64,000 bases of DNA, taken from NCBI GenBank assembly GCA_035221665.1, contig CM069144.1, forward strand, positions 68,138,001 to 68,202,000, in the 5' to 3' direction. Positions within the stretch are counted from its first letter, which is position 1; each line of letters opens with the position of its first letter. Below the pieces are notes generated by a model. The model was given only the letters and a program-made list of their open reading frames with translations, had not been told where the DNA came from and did no database searches. Both the position numbers and the translations under genes were made by a program. The stretch comes from Okamejei kenojei (taxonomy: Eukaryota). This document shows positions 1-12,400 of this stretch, in pieces.

Positions 1-1281
1 TACCTCAGAAAACAAATCCAGAATCATATCTCAAGCTATTTCCAAGTCACATGCCCAAAGATAAACAATCATAAGAATTGTGGCACACTGTCAAATCGTT
101 TCCGTTTAATAGCTGCTCGCTCATGTAATTTATCTTAAGTAATGTGCACTTATGTTCGACATGTTCACAAGAGTACAGCGTGTCTTACCAATAAGAGCCG
201 ATGTAATTCATTTGAAATATGGATCTGAGTCAGAGACTTGTCATGTGTCAGATGACAACAGAAAGCTTGTTGTGCCCCATTTCTAATTCCATCACTCATT
301 TATTCGATGCAGGGAAAGACTCTCAGCCTGACAGCCACTGCCTCCATGTGTTTGTCAGCTTTGACAGGGAGTCACAAGGCTATCAAACCTGACTGACCTG
401 CTTGTTTCTCATACTGTTTTTTTTTTCACACATTAGCACACTGCTTACTTCAGAGTTCCAGCCCACCCACAAACATCCAGGCAGCATTGGTCCACAAGGC
501 TCACCTGCTTGCCCAAAGCCCCATCCAGGTGGTAACTGACTCTTTTCCTCAAACTGCACAGCCTGCACCAAAAATGTACAAGCTGGCTATTTGCAAGGAA
601 TAATTGTGCAAGCTAATATCAAACCTTAAGCTGTGATTATGCTGCAGACTTATGAAAGACCGGGTATAGGTCTCATCAGATCAGACGGTGTCCGCTCTAG
701 TAATCACCTCACGTTTACACAGAATCATAACCCAAAATCAGGTAGAGTGTTGCATATAATAAGCTTCTGTTCCATGTACAACAGGGTTCAATCAGATGTC
801 TGCACCCAGCACATATAAAAAAGGAGAGAGAGGGCATTTTGTCAAATAAAACTACTGCTTCTGTTAGTTGAGAGTACTTATGCACTATTCACCTCTCATC
901 TCCAGTAATATTATATTCAGGAGAAAAAGATGAACGGACTGTTTTCGTAGGAACAGGAGTGGGTTATTTATCCCCTTAAGCCTGTTCCACTGTTCAATAT
1001 AATCATGGCTGACCTGTGACCCATCTCCATTTCCCACAATTACCCATAATATTGGAGGAGGAGCAAAAAATGATTCACAAAGATAATACCAGAACTGAGC
1101 AGTTACAAGCATTAGGTTAATGGCTCAGGCTCTTTTCTTTGGAAGAGCGAAGGCTAAGGCTTGTGCTAATAGAGCTAATAGAGTTTTCGATTATTAAGGA
1201 TGTTTAATAGGCTTCAAGCTTTTCCCTCTCATTGTGTGCGAAAGATTTCAAAACACTATTCAAAGAGAAATAAGAAATACT

Positions 1282-1374
1282 CCTTCGCTCCTTAGATGCT
1301 GCTGCACCCGCTGAGTTTCTCCAGCCTTTTGTGTACCCTCGATTCTCCAGCATCTGCAGTTCCTTCTTTAACAC
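1282..1374 (+). mobile_element. Penelope-like element (PLE) 3' terminal fragment, SINE-like insert
   Basis: Matches the PLE tail seen attached to the GIY-YIG relic at 2803-3380; flanked by 12-bp direct repeat ATAAGAAATACT (1270-1281, 1375-1386). Confidence 0.75.
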
Positions 1375-1484
1375 ATAAGAAATACTTCTGATATTTTAGG
1401 TGACTGCCAACCATCTACCTGTACCAAAAACAAATGAGTGCTCCACTTATTTTGTTGCTATTTTGTGCGTGTTGCGTTTAATTA

Positions 1485-1570
1485 GAAACATGGAAACATA
1501 GAAAAATAGGTGCAGGAGTAGGCCATTCGGCCCTTCGAGCCAGCACCACCATTTAATATGATCATGGCTC
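1485..1570 (-). mobile_element. CR1/HER1 LINE 3' tail fragment
   Basis: GAAACATAGAAAATAGGTGCAGGAGTAGGCCATTCGGCCC is the reverse of the tail at 30680-30735. Confidence 0.8.
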
Positions 1571-1884
1571 ATTTGTAGCTGCTTGTCCAATATCACAATA
1601 GTATCCACACTTTGAGTTTCATCAGTTATAAAGTATTTGAGACACCCTGTCAGTGAAAGATGTAACACAATTTAAGTATCTCCATCCCCCCCCTGTCCCC
1701 TTCCCACGTTTGTCATTCTCTCCACTCCTCTTTCCCGCTTTCCACGATCTCTTTTCGCTGATTAATTCCCCCTTACATTTTCCCACTTCATGCTCCTTTT
1801 TATGCTTTCCCTTTATCCCTTCACTCTTCCCCCTGAAACATTCTTGTTCAGACTTCTCCATCTACATTCTGCAATGTTCATTGT

Positions 1885-2196
1885 TGAGTTGAGTTTAGTT
1901 TATTGTCACGTGTAGCGAGGTACAGCGAAAAGCTTTTGTTGCTTGCTAACCAGTCTGCGGAAAGACAATACATGTTTACAATTGAGCCACCCAGAGTGTA
2001 CAGATACATGATAAAGGGTATAACATGAATAACGTTTAGTGCAAGATAAAGTCCATTAAAGTCCGATCAAAGATAGTCCGAGGGTCTCCAAAGTGGTGGA
2101 TAGTAGTTTAGGATTGCTCTCTATTTGTTGGTAGAATGGTTCAGTTGCCTGGTTACAGCTGGGAAGAAACCGTCCCTGAATCTGGAGGTGTGCGTT
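1885..2196 (-). mobile_element. Rex1/Babar-type LINE 3' end
   Basis: Reverse complement of the 3' part of the copy at 39110-39877 (…CACGTGACAATAAACTAAAC tail). Confidence 0.7.
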
Positions 2197-2234
2197 CAAT
2201 TCAGTTCAGTTTAGTTTATTGTCACGTGTACCAA

Positions 2235-2745
2235 CTCCTCATACATTTAGAGTATTGTTTTTTTAGTTTTGGTCACCCTGTTATAGGAAAGATGTTGTCA
2301 AGCTGGAACGGGTGCAGAAAAGATTTACAAAGATGTTGACAGGACTCGGCTTGAGCGACAGGGAGAGGTTGAGCAGGCTAGGACTTTATTTCTTGGAGCG
2401 CCGGAGAATGTGGGGTGATCATGTAGGGGTGGACACGATCATAAGATCATGCGAGAGAACATGCACAGAGTCTTTTACCCAGAGTGGGGAAATCGAGAAC
2501 CAGAGGACCTAGGTTTCAGATGAAGGGGGAAAGAGTTAGTAGGAATCTGAGGGGGAACCTTTATCCTAATGGGAGTAAGTGTATGGAATGAGCTGTTGGA
2601 GAGGTAGTTGAGGCAGGAACTGTCATAACATTTAAGAAACATTTAGACAGGCACAGGGATGGGATAGGTATAGACAGATATGGGCCAAATGCAGGCAGGT
2701 GGGACTAGTATAGTTGGGGCATGTTGGTCGGCATGGGCAGTATGA
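2235..2745 (+). mobile_element. CR1/HER1 LINE 3' fragment, degenerate
   Basis: Frameshifted CR1 ORF2 C-terminal motifs (HLEYC, VQKRFTKML, RERLSRLGL) followed by the tail. Confidence 0.85.
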
Positions 2746-2802
2746 CTATGACCACTTACATTTGCAATCTCTTCCTTGCCCTGTCTATGCATCTCACCAA
2801 CG

Positions 2803-3380
2803 ATAGATACAAAAAACTGGAGTAACTCAGCGGGACAGGCAGCATCTCTGGAGAGAAGGAATGGGTGGCGTTTTGGGTCGAGACCCTTCTTCAGACTCGT
2901 TAGGGATAAGGGAAACAATATAGACGATGACGTGGAGAAATAAAAGAACAATGAATGAAAGATATGCAAACTAACGATGATAAAGGAAACAGGCCTTTGT
3001 TAGCTGCTTGTAGGGTGAAAACGAGAAGCTAGTGCGACTTCGGTGGGGGAGGGATAGAGAGAGAGAGGGAATGCCGGAGCTATCTGAAGTGAGAGAAATC
3101 AATATTCATACCACTGGGCTGTAAGCTGCCCAAGCGAAATATGAGATGCTGTTCCTCCAATTTGTGTTTAGCCTCACTCTGACAATGGAGGAGACCGAGG
3201 ACAGAAAAGTCTATGTAGGAATGGCAAGCAGAATTAAAGTGCCCGGCAATCGGGAAATCAGATAGGTTCAGCTGGGCTGAGCAAAGGTGTTCCGCAAAAC
3301 GATCGCCCGGTCTACGTTTGGTCTCGCCGACGTATAAGAGTCCACACCTTTAACAATGGATACAGTAGATGAGGTTGGAC
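2803..3380 (-). mobile_element. Penelope-like (Neptune-type) retroelement 3' part with GIY-YIG endonuclease relic
   Basis: Minus strand 3379->3080 reads SNLIYCIHC*RCGLLYVGETKRRPGDRFAEH…GHFNS…KLEEQHLIFRLGSLQPSGMNIDFSHFR*. This is the PLE GIY-YIG domain with CxxC and one stop, followed by the 3' UTR/pseudo-LTR. Confidence 0.9.
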
Positions 3381-3741
3381 ACCTGGTCTGCCCTGTCTGC
3401 TTACATTTCAACTTGGTTCCTTCTCATGTCACCACAGAGGAGAAGATGTAATTACCATGTTACATTTACATCGGTGGTCTCCATTACAAACACAAAGATA
3501 GGAATCTATAATGTCAGTATAAACATAACAGGCTTTGCCGCACTTGGCAGAGGGAGCAGAGAATTTGGGACACTATGTCCAAGACCCTTGCTGACCAATA
3601 TTCTCCTCCACTCCCACCATTCCAAGTTGTACGCCATGTCCCAAGTACTGAAATCAATGGATAAAGGCTTGCACGACTATTCTAGCATGATTACATTGTA
3701 GGGCCTAAACATTAAGCAACTTTATACGTTCTAGGATTACG

Positions 3742-3796
3742 AGAATCCCTGCAGAATCCCTGCAGAATCCCTGCAGAATCCCTGCAGAATCCCTGC
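3742..3796. repeat. Minisatellite (AGAATCCCTGC)x5
   Basis: Five tandem 11-bp units read directly. Confidence 0.95.
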
Positions 3797-5041
3797 TATT
3801 TGGTCCAAAATGTCCACCTTGTATACTCCTTCCACATGAAAATGAACATAGGAACTGTAGGTCAAATACTGGATATCAGATACACTCAGTCTTGCAGAAT
3901 GCATGAATGTTAATCATGTGTTCAATATATGGATTACATTTGCTTTGAGGAAGTAAATAGCTAGCTGGACAAAGGAGAGTCAGTGGATGTTGTGTACTTC
4001 ATCCTTCAGAAGGCCTTTGATTTGGTGACCCCTGTGATGTTGCTAAACAAGATGAGAGATCATGGTATTAAAGGAAAGATTCTAGCATGGATAGAAGGTT
4101 GGCTGAATAGCAAAAGAAAAAGAACGGGAATAAAGGGAGCTTTTTCTGGTCGACCGCCAGAGACCAGCGGTGTTCCACAGGGTCGGTGTTTGAACCGCTA
4201 CATTTCACGTTGTATGTTAATCATTTTAAGGATGGAATAGATTGCTTTATGACCAAGTTTGCGGGTGATATGAAGATAGGTTGAGGGGCAGGTAGCAGGC
4301 GGACTTAGACAGGTTGGGAGAGTGGGCAAAGCAGATGGAATACAGTGCAGCAAAGTGCACTTTGGTAGTAGGAATAAAGACATAAACTATTATCTAAATG
4401 GGGAGAAGATTCTGATTTCCAAGGGGCAAAGGGACTTGCTAGTGCAGGATTCCCAAGAGTTTAATTTACAAGTTGCAAGGAAGACAAATGCAATGTTAGT
4501 GTTCATTTCGAGAGGATTAGACCATAACAGCAGGGATATAATGCCACGGCTTTATAAGGCACTTGTCAGGCTGCGTTTGGAGTATTGTGAGCAGTTTAGG
4601 GCCCCATATGCTGGCATTGGGGACGGTCTGAGAGGAGGTTTATGAGAATGATCCAGGGAGGATTGAGTAAACATAAAATGAGTGTTTGAAGGATCAGAAC
4701 ATGTACTCGCTGGGGTTTAGAAAGATGAGGGGGACCTCATTAGAAATGAACAAATAGTGAAAGGCCTGGACAGAGTGGATGTGGAGAGGATGTTTCCACC
4801 AGTGGGAGTGGCTAGGACCAGATGGCACAGCTTCTGAATAACAGGACAATACCTTAGAAAGGAGACGAGGAGGAATTTATTTTGTCAGTGGGTGGTGAAT
4901 CTGTGAAATTCATTGCCACAGACAGCTTTGGAGACCAAGTCATTGGGTATTTTTAAAGTAGAGATTGACAGATTCTTGATTAGTAAAGGTGTCAAAGGTT
5001 ATGGGCAGAAGGTGGGGGAATGGGTTTAAGAGGGAAAGATA

Positions 5042-6578
5042 CAGTTAATTCAGAAGGTATTCAGACCCCTTCACTTTTTCCACATTTTGTTACGTTACAG
5101 CCTTATTTTTAAATTGATTAAATTTATTTTTTTTATCATCAATCTACACACAATATCCCAGATTGAAGAAGCAAATGTTTAGAATTTTTTGCAAAGTAAT
5201 TATAAATAGATAACTGAAATATCACATTTACATAAGTATTCAGACCCTTTGCTATGACACTCAAAAATTGAGCTTAGGTTCATCCTGTTTCCATTGATTA
5301 TCCTTGAGATGTTTCTACAACTTGATTTGAGTTCACCAGTGGTAAATTAAATTGATTGGACATGATTTGGAGAGGCACACACCTGTCCATATAAGGTCCC
5401 ACAGTGGACAGTGCATGTCAGAGCAAAAACCAAGCCATGAAGATGAAGGAATTGTCCGTAGACCTCCAAGACAAGATTGTGTCATTCTTAAATGGAAAAA
5501 CTTTGGAACCACCAGGACTCTTCATAGAGCTGGCTGCCTGGCCAAACTGAGCAATCGGGGGAGAAGGGCCTTGGTCAGGGAGGTGACCAAGAACCCGATG
5601 GTCACTCTGACAGAGCTCCAGAGTTCCTCTATGGAGATGGGAGAACCTTCCAGAAGGACAACTATATCTGCAGCATTCCACCAATCAGGCCTTTATGGTA
5701 GAGTGGCCAGACAGAAGCCTCTCCTCAGTAAAAGGCACATGGCAGCCCGCTTGGAGTTTGCCAAAAGGCATGAGAAACAAGATTCTCTGGTCTGATGAAA
5801 CCAAGATTGAACTCTTTGGCCTGAATACCAAGCGTCACGCCTGGAGGAAACCAGGCACCACTCATCACCTGGCCAATACCATACCTATGGTGAAGCATGG
5901 TGGTGGCAGCATCATGCTGTGGGGATGTTTTTCAGCGGCAGGAACTGGAAGACTAGTCAGTAGCGAGGGAAAGATGAACGGAGCAAAGTACAGAGAGATC
6001 CTTAATGAAAACCTGCTCCACAGCTTTCTGGACCTCAGACTGGGGCGGAGGTTCGCCTTCCACCAGGACAACAACTCTAAACGCACAGCCAAGACAACGT
6101 AGCAGAGGCTTTGTGACAAGTCTGTGAATGTCCTTGAGTGGCCCAGTCAGAGCCCGGACTTTAACCTGATTGAACATCTCTGGAGGGAGCTGAAAATAGC
6201 TGTGCATTGACGCTGCCCATCCAACCTGACAGAGCTTGAGAGGATCTGCAGAGAAGAATGGAAGAAATTACCCAAATACAGGTGTGCCAAGCTTGTAGCG
6301 TCATACCCAAGAAGACTTGAGGCTGTAATCGCTGCCAAAGGTGCCTCAACAAAATACTGAGTAAAGGGTCTGAATATTTATGTAAATGTTATATTTCAGT
6401 TATTTCTTTTTAATTACTTTGCAAAAATTTATAAACACCTGTTTTCACTTTTTTTTATGATGGGGTACTGTGTGTATATTGATGATAAAAAAATGAATTT
6501 AATCAATTTTAGAATAAGGCTGTAACGTAACAAAATGTGGAAAAAGTGAAGGGGTCTGAATACTATCTGAATGCACTG
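5042..6578 (+). mobile_element. Tc1 DNA transposon, IR/DR type, internally deleted
   Basis: ~210-bp imperfect TIRs (5042-~5250, ~6363-6578) with CAGT termini, each containing two TATTCAGACCC direct repeats; TA TSD at 5040-5041 and 6579-6580. Confidence 0.95.
5437..6360 (+). pseudogene. Tc1 transposase pseudogene (DD34E)
   Basis: MKMKELSVDLQDKIV start; WSDETKIELFG, KHGGGSIMLWGCF, QDNN-34 aa-[17 protein letters not shown], ends TKY*. Disrupted by deletions, frameshifts and stops. Confidence 0.95.
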
Positions 6579-6978
6579 TAGATCAGCCACGATTGACTCA
6601 ATGGGCCAAATGCCCTAATTCTGCTCCTATGACTTTTGAATATAAAACCTTCAAACTTTTATGACAAGCTGCTGAGAAGATTCCATTTTAATAACAAGGA
6701 AGAAAGTTTAACTGCATGAAGTTTCAAACCTTCCTCATGTTTTGCCTGGAATCCTTGTGTAGTAATTAATCCTGGGTCTGTACCATAGACATGCTATGTT
6801 CTCACATCAAAGCACTGCAGTCTGCTTCTGAAAATCATTCAATTAACTTTAATAGGACACAATCTTTAGGCTGAAGATCTAACCAACGTATTTTTTGGCA
6901 TCTCAGCATCAGTATTTCCTGACACAGTTCTGAGAGCATCTATATTCCAGTTTACAATCTCAGGCCAAGCTTCCTGAC

Positions 6979-7075
6979 TGAAAAAGGGTCTCGACCCGAA
7001 ACATCACCCATTCCATCTCTCCAGAGATGCTGCCTGACATGCTGAGTTACGCCAGCTATTTGTCTCTATCGTCAG
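6979..7075 (+). mobile_element. PLE-derived short insert
   Basis: Starts at the hammerhead-like motif; 11-bp TSD AGCTTCCTGAC (6968-6978, 7076-7086). Confidence 0.75.
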
Positions 7076-7409
7076 AGCTTCCTGACCACCTGGCTGAGCT
7101 ATAGGCCAACATCAAGAATTTGGCCATTTCAGAGCCCTCAGTAATGGAGTCCCCATTGATTCCAAGTTCAAGGAAAGATAGCACCAACAATATATTTCTC
7201 AGATCTCCACACACCTTGAGATCCTCTCAGTAGCAATCTGGTTTGCATGGATTCACCACATTCAGAAAGAAGAGCCAGTCAGCCAACAGATATGGTTGGA
7301 AGCTCACCCACATTTCTGATCATGCCAAAGAATACCAAGGGAGTGAGAGGCACTGCCAAGTGTATGGCTTTGGCTTAAGTGCATCTGTCAAATTCAGGTG
7401 CCCATTAAC

Positions 7410-7695
7410 GGAGACAGTGGCATAGCGGGCAGAGCTGTTGCCTCACAGCACCACAGACCCGAGTTCAATCCGGATCTCGGCAGATGTCTCTGTGGAGTTT
7501 GCACGTTCTCCCTGTGGCCATGTGTGTTGCCTCCAGCTGTTCCGGTTTCCTCCCACATCTCAAAGACATGCTGGTTTGTAAGTTAACTAGCCTCTGCAAA
7601 TCGCCCTTCGCGTGTAGGGAGTGGTTGCCTAAATGGGATAACATAGGGCTAGTGTGAACTCAGTGGGCCAAGCTGTGTCTCTAAAGTAAACTAAA
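7410..7695 (+). mobile_element. HE1-type V-SINE, diverged
   Basis: tRNA-like head with A/B boxes, central CCGGTTTCCTCCCACA…AAAGAC V-domain, CTAAA tail. Confidence 0.8.
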
Positions 7696-8227
7696 TAAGA
7701 CCAAACAGCATCAGTCGAGGCAGTTCAAGGCCACCCAGCAGAACAGTATGGTGCCATTGCATCCCTAGAGGTAGGAAAGGACATTCAAAACTATTTAAAT
7801 TCACTGCCTTCTACTGAGAGGGAGTAGAGTTAGGATGTAAAGAAATCACAATTTCATTCAGACAAACATCTGGAGACAAATATACTGAGTGCAGCTGTCA
7901 CTACATAATGCAGGGTTGAGTAGATAGTACTGTTGACCGATAGTGGGGTTTATTCCAGCAATCTTTGAGGAGAAATAACTTGGGAAACAATGAAAGTGAA
8001 GCTAACAGAAAATGCGGGAAACATTCAGCAGGTCAGACAACATCTAGAGAAACAGAGTTGACATTTCAATGACTGAGGTTGTGATGAAGATTATCAGAAG
8101 TCCCTGCCTGCCCTACAGTGTATTTCCAGCACTTTTTTAGAGTTTCAGTACAGGTAACCTTTACAATTTATGAATGGAAGTGGTACTATTTTAGCAAGAC
8201 TAGTGGAATGTGTTAAAAGGTCTCCTA

Positions 8228-8325
8228 TGCCTTCTCTCCAGAGATGCTGTCTGACCCGCTGAGTTACTCCAGCTTTTTGTGCCTAGCTTCAGTTTAAACC
8301 AGCATCTGCAGTTCCTTCCAACACA
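8228..8325 (+). mobile_element. PLE-derived short insert
   Basis: TTCTCTCCAGAGATGCTG…CTGAGTTACTCCAGC…CAGCATCTGCAGTTCC consensus. Similar pieces at ~11846-11952, 14081-14165, 18699-18840, 37039-37135 and, reversed, 34554-34645. Confidence 0.75.
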
Positions 8326-8585
8326 TCCTACCTCTCTACTTCTGCAACGTACTTGCCCAGAATCATTGGAAGGCCACTGTCCACCAATTTAAGACTCCTG
8401 GATGTTTTCCCTTCATGAAGGATCCGAGTAAAAGCCAGATATCCTATTCAGGTGAGCTCAAAGCCTAAACCTTCCAGATGCACAAAGTTATACAGAACCA
8501 CTTATTTCAAAAGCTTTTTGCTCCAGTTTTCTCAACACAGCCCATTGTGTAGTACTGTCCTACAGAGAAAAACAAAACAAAGTGT

Positions 8586-9465
8586 CTACCCTAAAGCAGA
8601 AGCAAGCTGAATAAGGTTTCTGCTTGTGTGTATACTGAGAGGGCCAAGACTCAATATGCAATCAGGATAGGGAGGTTCAGGATGAAGAGTGGGTGGATTG
8701 AGGAAGTGACCATGAAAGAAACTACTGATTCTGCAAAGTCTGTTAATACATACAGGAAATCTGCTGTGAAAAGAGCAAAGAATAAGAATGTGTATGTGAC
8801 TGGCATGAAAAGGAGAAGTAGCCAAGCGTCCTGTCGTTATGGATGGTAAAGAAGTGATATTGGGAGGGGGTGGATTGGACATGAACTACAGAGGCCATTT
8901 GTTCCTCTCAGAGGTTGGAGACACTCACTCACCTTACTATTATAGAGTTATAGAATAATCCAGCACAGAAACAAGCCCTTCAGTTCAACTCATCCATGCC
9001 GACCAATTTCCCTATTACCTAGTCCGATTTGCCTGTGCTTGACATATCGTTCTAAACCATACCCATCCATGTAATTGTCCAAATGTCCTTTAAACAGTGT
9101 AAATGTACCAGCTCCTATCACTATCTCTAGCAACCTGTTCCACATAACCAACCACCTTCTAAGTGAAAAACATGTCCCTCAGGTCCCCTTGAAATCTGTC
9201 CCCTCTCGCCTTACATCTAGTTTTGGACTTTCATACCCTGGGGACAAAGACTGTGACCATTCACTGAATCTATAACCATTCACTGTCTCTACTACTCCAA
9301 GGCACACGTTAGTTGAATAACATTTCTGCTTGTGTGTATATTGAGAGGGCATAGCACCAATATGCAATCAGGATGAAGTGGCCCAGGAGGTGCTGGATAA
9401 AGTGGGTGAATTAACCATAAAATAAAGTATTGATTCTGCAGAGACTGTTAGGAAATACATGAAAT
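8586..9465. repeat. Diverged ~175-bp direct repeat pair (8586-8760 and 9292-9465) separated by a minus-strand CR1 fragment (~8940-9275)
   Basis: Shared blocks TTTCTGCTTGTGTGTATAyTGAGAGGGC, CAATATGCAATCAGGAT and TGATTCTGCArAGwCTGTTA. Confidence 0.8.
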
Positions 9466-12400
9466 ACAGATTTACCTTATGAAGGTTGTTCTTGTGAGCT
9501 CACTGGGGATACTTTAATCCACCTGACGATAATTTAGAGTTTACATTTGCTTCACATTTTACACTCTTTTCAAATCCACCTGTGATTAAATTTTGTACAA
9601 TATCTAATGGTACTTTATGAAGTATTTCATAATCAAAGTTTTTTTAAATGTTGATCACTGCTGCTCAGAGGAGCTATAAAAGTACTCAAAATTTGAGCAA
9701 ACTGCATTGATTTCACACGTTAAGGGTAAAGGGTGTAATTAGCATATCCTTATTTCACTCACCTTCCCTTCAAGGATAGTCCCTTGGTAAGAGGCAAATG
9801 TTTTATAATGAGCTTTATTGCAAAGTGTGGCACAATTTTCTATTACTATGGAAGAGTCTGGGTCTTCGATGGTAAATCTGTCAACTCAAGTTCAAGTTTT
9901 TAATATTTATTGGTCATTTTTAGAGGGTTTTTTTTAAGGCTGGCAATTATTTGAGGTACTGTAATGAAACTCAGGATATGGGTTTGTCTGAGAAAGTACA
10001 TTATGCGGCTTGCATTGGTGTTTGTGGATCATTCCAAAAAAGGTATTATTGGTCATGGAGCGTGAGGTGATATTTGAGAGCAAACTCTTGAAATCTGGCC
10101 CTTGTGAAGTCATTAACACAGTTTGGTGCTATCCTTCCGGTCACAGGCTCTGTTCTGCTGTGAGGTTCTTGTGAATTCTAATTGAGCTAGAGAGCAGAGA
10201 CTTGGCAAATGCTCAGAGCACAGACCTCAGAGGGTTAGTGGCTTTTTTTAAGCTCTACATACTCTTTGTGAAGTTTATGAAGGATGAAAGTGTTCTTAAA
10301 AAGTAACACACTCGGATTTAAACTTAATTGAAAAGATAGATAAACCAGCATCTGCAGTTCCTTGCCATTCCATTAATTAATTGCAGTTCATCAGCCCTCA
10401 AAAGTTTAGATTTTTAAAGAGAATAAATAGCAACATTATTTTATGGATTGATTTGGCAAATACTACAATTGTTATTGCTTTGTTAGTGTTAGTTGTTTTC
10501 CAACCAGCTTGGCTGGTTAGAGAACAACATTATCTGAATTTCTAATGCTATTGTACTCCCCCAAAGTGTGTCAAATATTACACCAGTGGAAGAGACAGGA
10601 GCTCGGGCCAACAATATGCTTCAACTTGGAAAGGTCATAAAGCGGATGAACAAAGTATATTCTTGGTGTCACTTATTAATTTATCCTGAATGATAGCAAT
10701 CAACTTTTTCTCTGCCATTAGCTGATTAAGAACTTTTGTCGTGACAAATTAACGCAGAATGTGGAATTACTATAGGATTATGTCATCATGAGTCTGCAAG
10801 CTGAAGGCTTCAATTCTCGTTCTCAGCTGCCAAAATACTGTGCACAACAACATCCAGCACAGAAAGAAGCACACAGTCCTTTTGGAAGTAGAAAGTTGTA
10901 TGCATATTAATGAGTGCCAAAGTCCCCTCTCGACAACAAGTTGCAGCACTCACTGTGTCATAGGTCAAGGCAGCGATTCTGAATAGGACTGATCATTATC
11001 TATCCATCTCCAGCCAGATGAGAATGTGGCATAGTCTCATTAAAGAAATGTTTGTTCCGGCATCAGTGAAACAAGTAAGCAACCTCAATGTGCATGAGAT
11101 CAGCACTGACTTTTAATTAAATGTCAGATAAATCTCTTTTGCTTTGCGAACAAATCTACTCAACAAAGAAAAAAATAATCTCTCTGGGAATTTAAGCTAT
11201 CTGCAACTAGTACCACCAAACAAGCAGTGTCCCACATCCCACCTCTGTTCAAATTAAACACTCCTCTCTTTCACGATACTGGATTTTTGAATAGCTCATG
11301 CTGTTTTCCCTAGTACTCCTAGCATAGGAGTAAAAAACTACACTAAAAAATAAACTACACCAAACACCATGTTAAAACGTCCACTCCAATATTTTTTTGA
11401 ATAAAAGCCAAATCATCCAAAGCAAATTTAAAAAAGACAACGAAGATGTACATTTCTCTGAATGTATAATTTTTCTAATATAATTCTAGCTGAGTACCAT
11501 CATAATATATAATTTCTGCAGTGTCATTCTCAAGTAACCACAGTGAAATCCCAACATGAGATTACAAAAATCAAAATGGATCTACCTATCCAGATCCGAA
11601 ACCCCTATCACAACATTCCTTCCAACAACAGTGGATAGTGGATATGTTCACAACATAGGATAGGTTTAGAAGTTGAAACCAATTTATAACTTCACTTTTA
11701 TTGTACAAGTAACAAACTATCCAAAAACTAAATGCATGAATGAATACTTTATCGTCACTAGTGACAAGTCACAGTGACATTCTTCATTTTGCATACCCAA
11801 GGTTTGTCTGCACAGAACACATAGGATTTTTTTTTAATTCTGTCTGAATGTCACCCATTCCTTTTCTCCAGAGATGCTGCCTGGTCCACTGAGTTATTCC
11901 AACATTTTGTGTCTATCATCAGTGTAAACTGCATCTGCAGTTCTTTCCTACAAATCTTTAATCAGTTGCCATTGGAGTGTATTCTATTTGCGCTTTACCA
12001 TTCATCAATCGATGGAAAATCTTTGGATTCTCACCCATTAATTGTTCATAGAAGTATTACACGATTACATTAGTACCAATCATGATTTTCTTGTGTTTGA
12101 TACTGGAGAAAATTTACTTCCACAATAAGAATTATGACCTGCTACCATTCCAATTGTCTGCCAATATTTCATGGGTAAATAACAGAAGCAGAACCTCTTC
12201 GGTCCCGGTGAGAAATAAGCTGTTTATATATTTAGCAGCATCATGCCGGTGTGATCAGCCTCCAATATGCAGATGTTATCTAGCCATTAGCAATCTAAAT
12301 ATTAAAACTAAGATTCCACGACAGCTAGTGGCACGGAAAATTCTGATCTTTTCAGTCTGTGGTTCTAGCAAGTTTATGTTCACTTTGCAGATTTTTATGC

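Larger units (their letters stand above)
3940..6635 (+). mobile_element. CR1/HER1 LINE (RT to tail), interrupted by Tc1
   Basis: RT motifs VDVVYF..QKAFD, WIEGWL, SGVPQG, LYKALVR..LEYC. The tail AAAGATA|GATCAGCC resumes after 6580. Confidence 0.9.

Noticed and set aside
3742-3796. Short regular repeat as a CRISPR-like array
   Set aside because: No spacers; an ordinary minisatellite in a vertebrate context.
9342-9372. TAGCACCAATATGCAATCAG resembles miR-29
   Set aside because: It needs a gap and mismatches, there is no complementary 5' arm, and the seed is absent from the paralogous copy.
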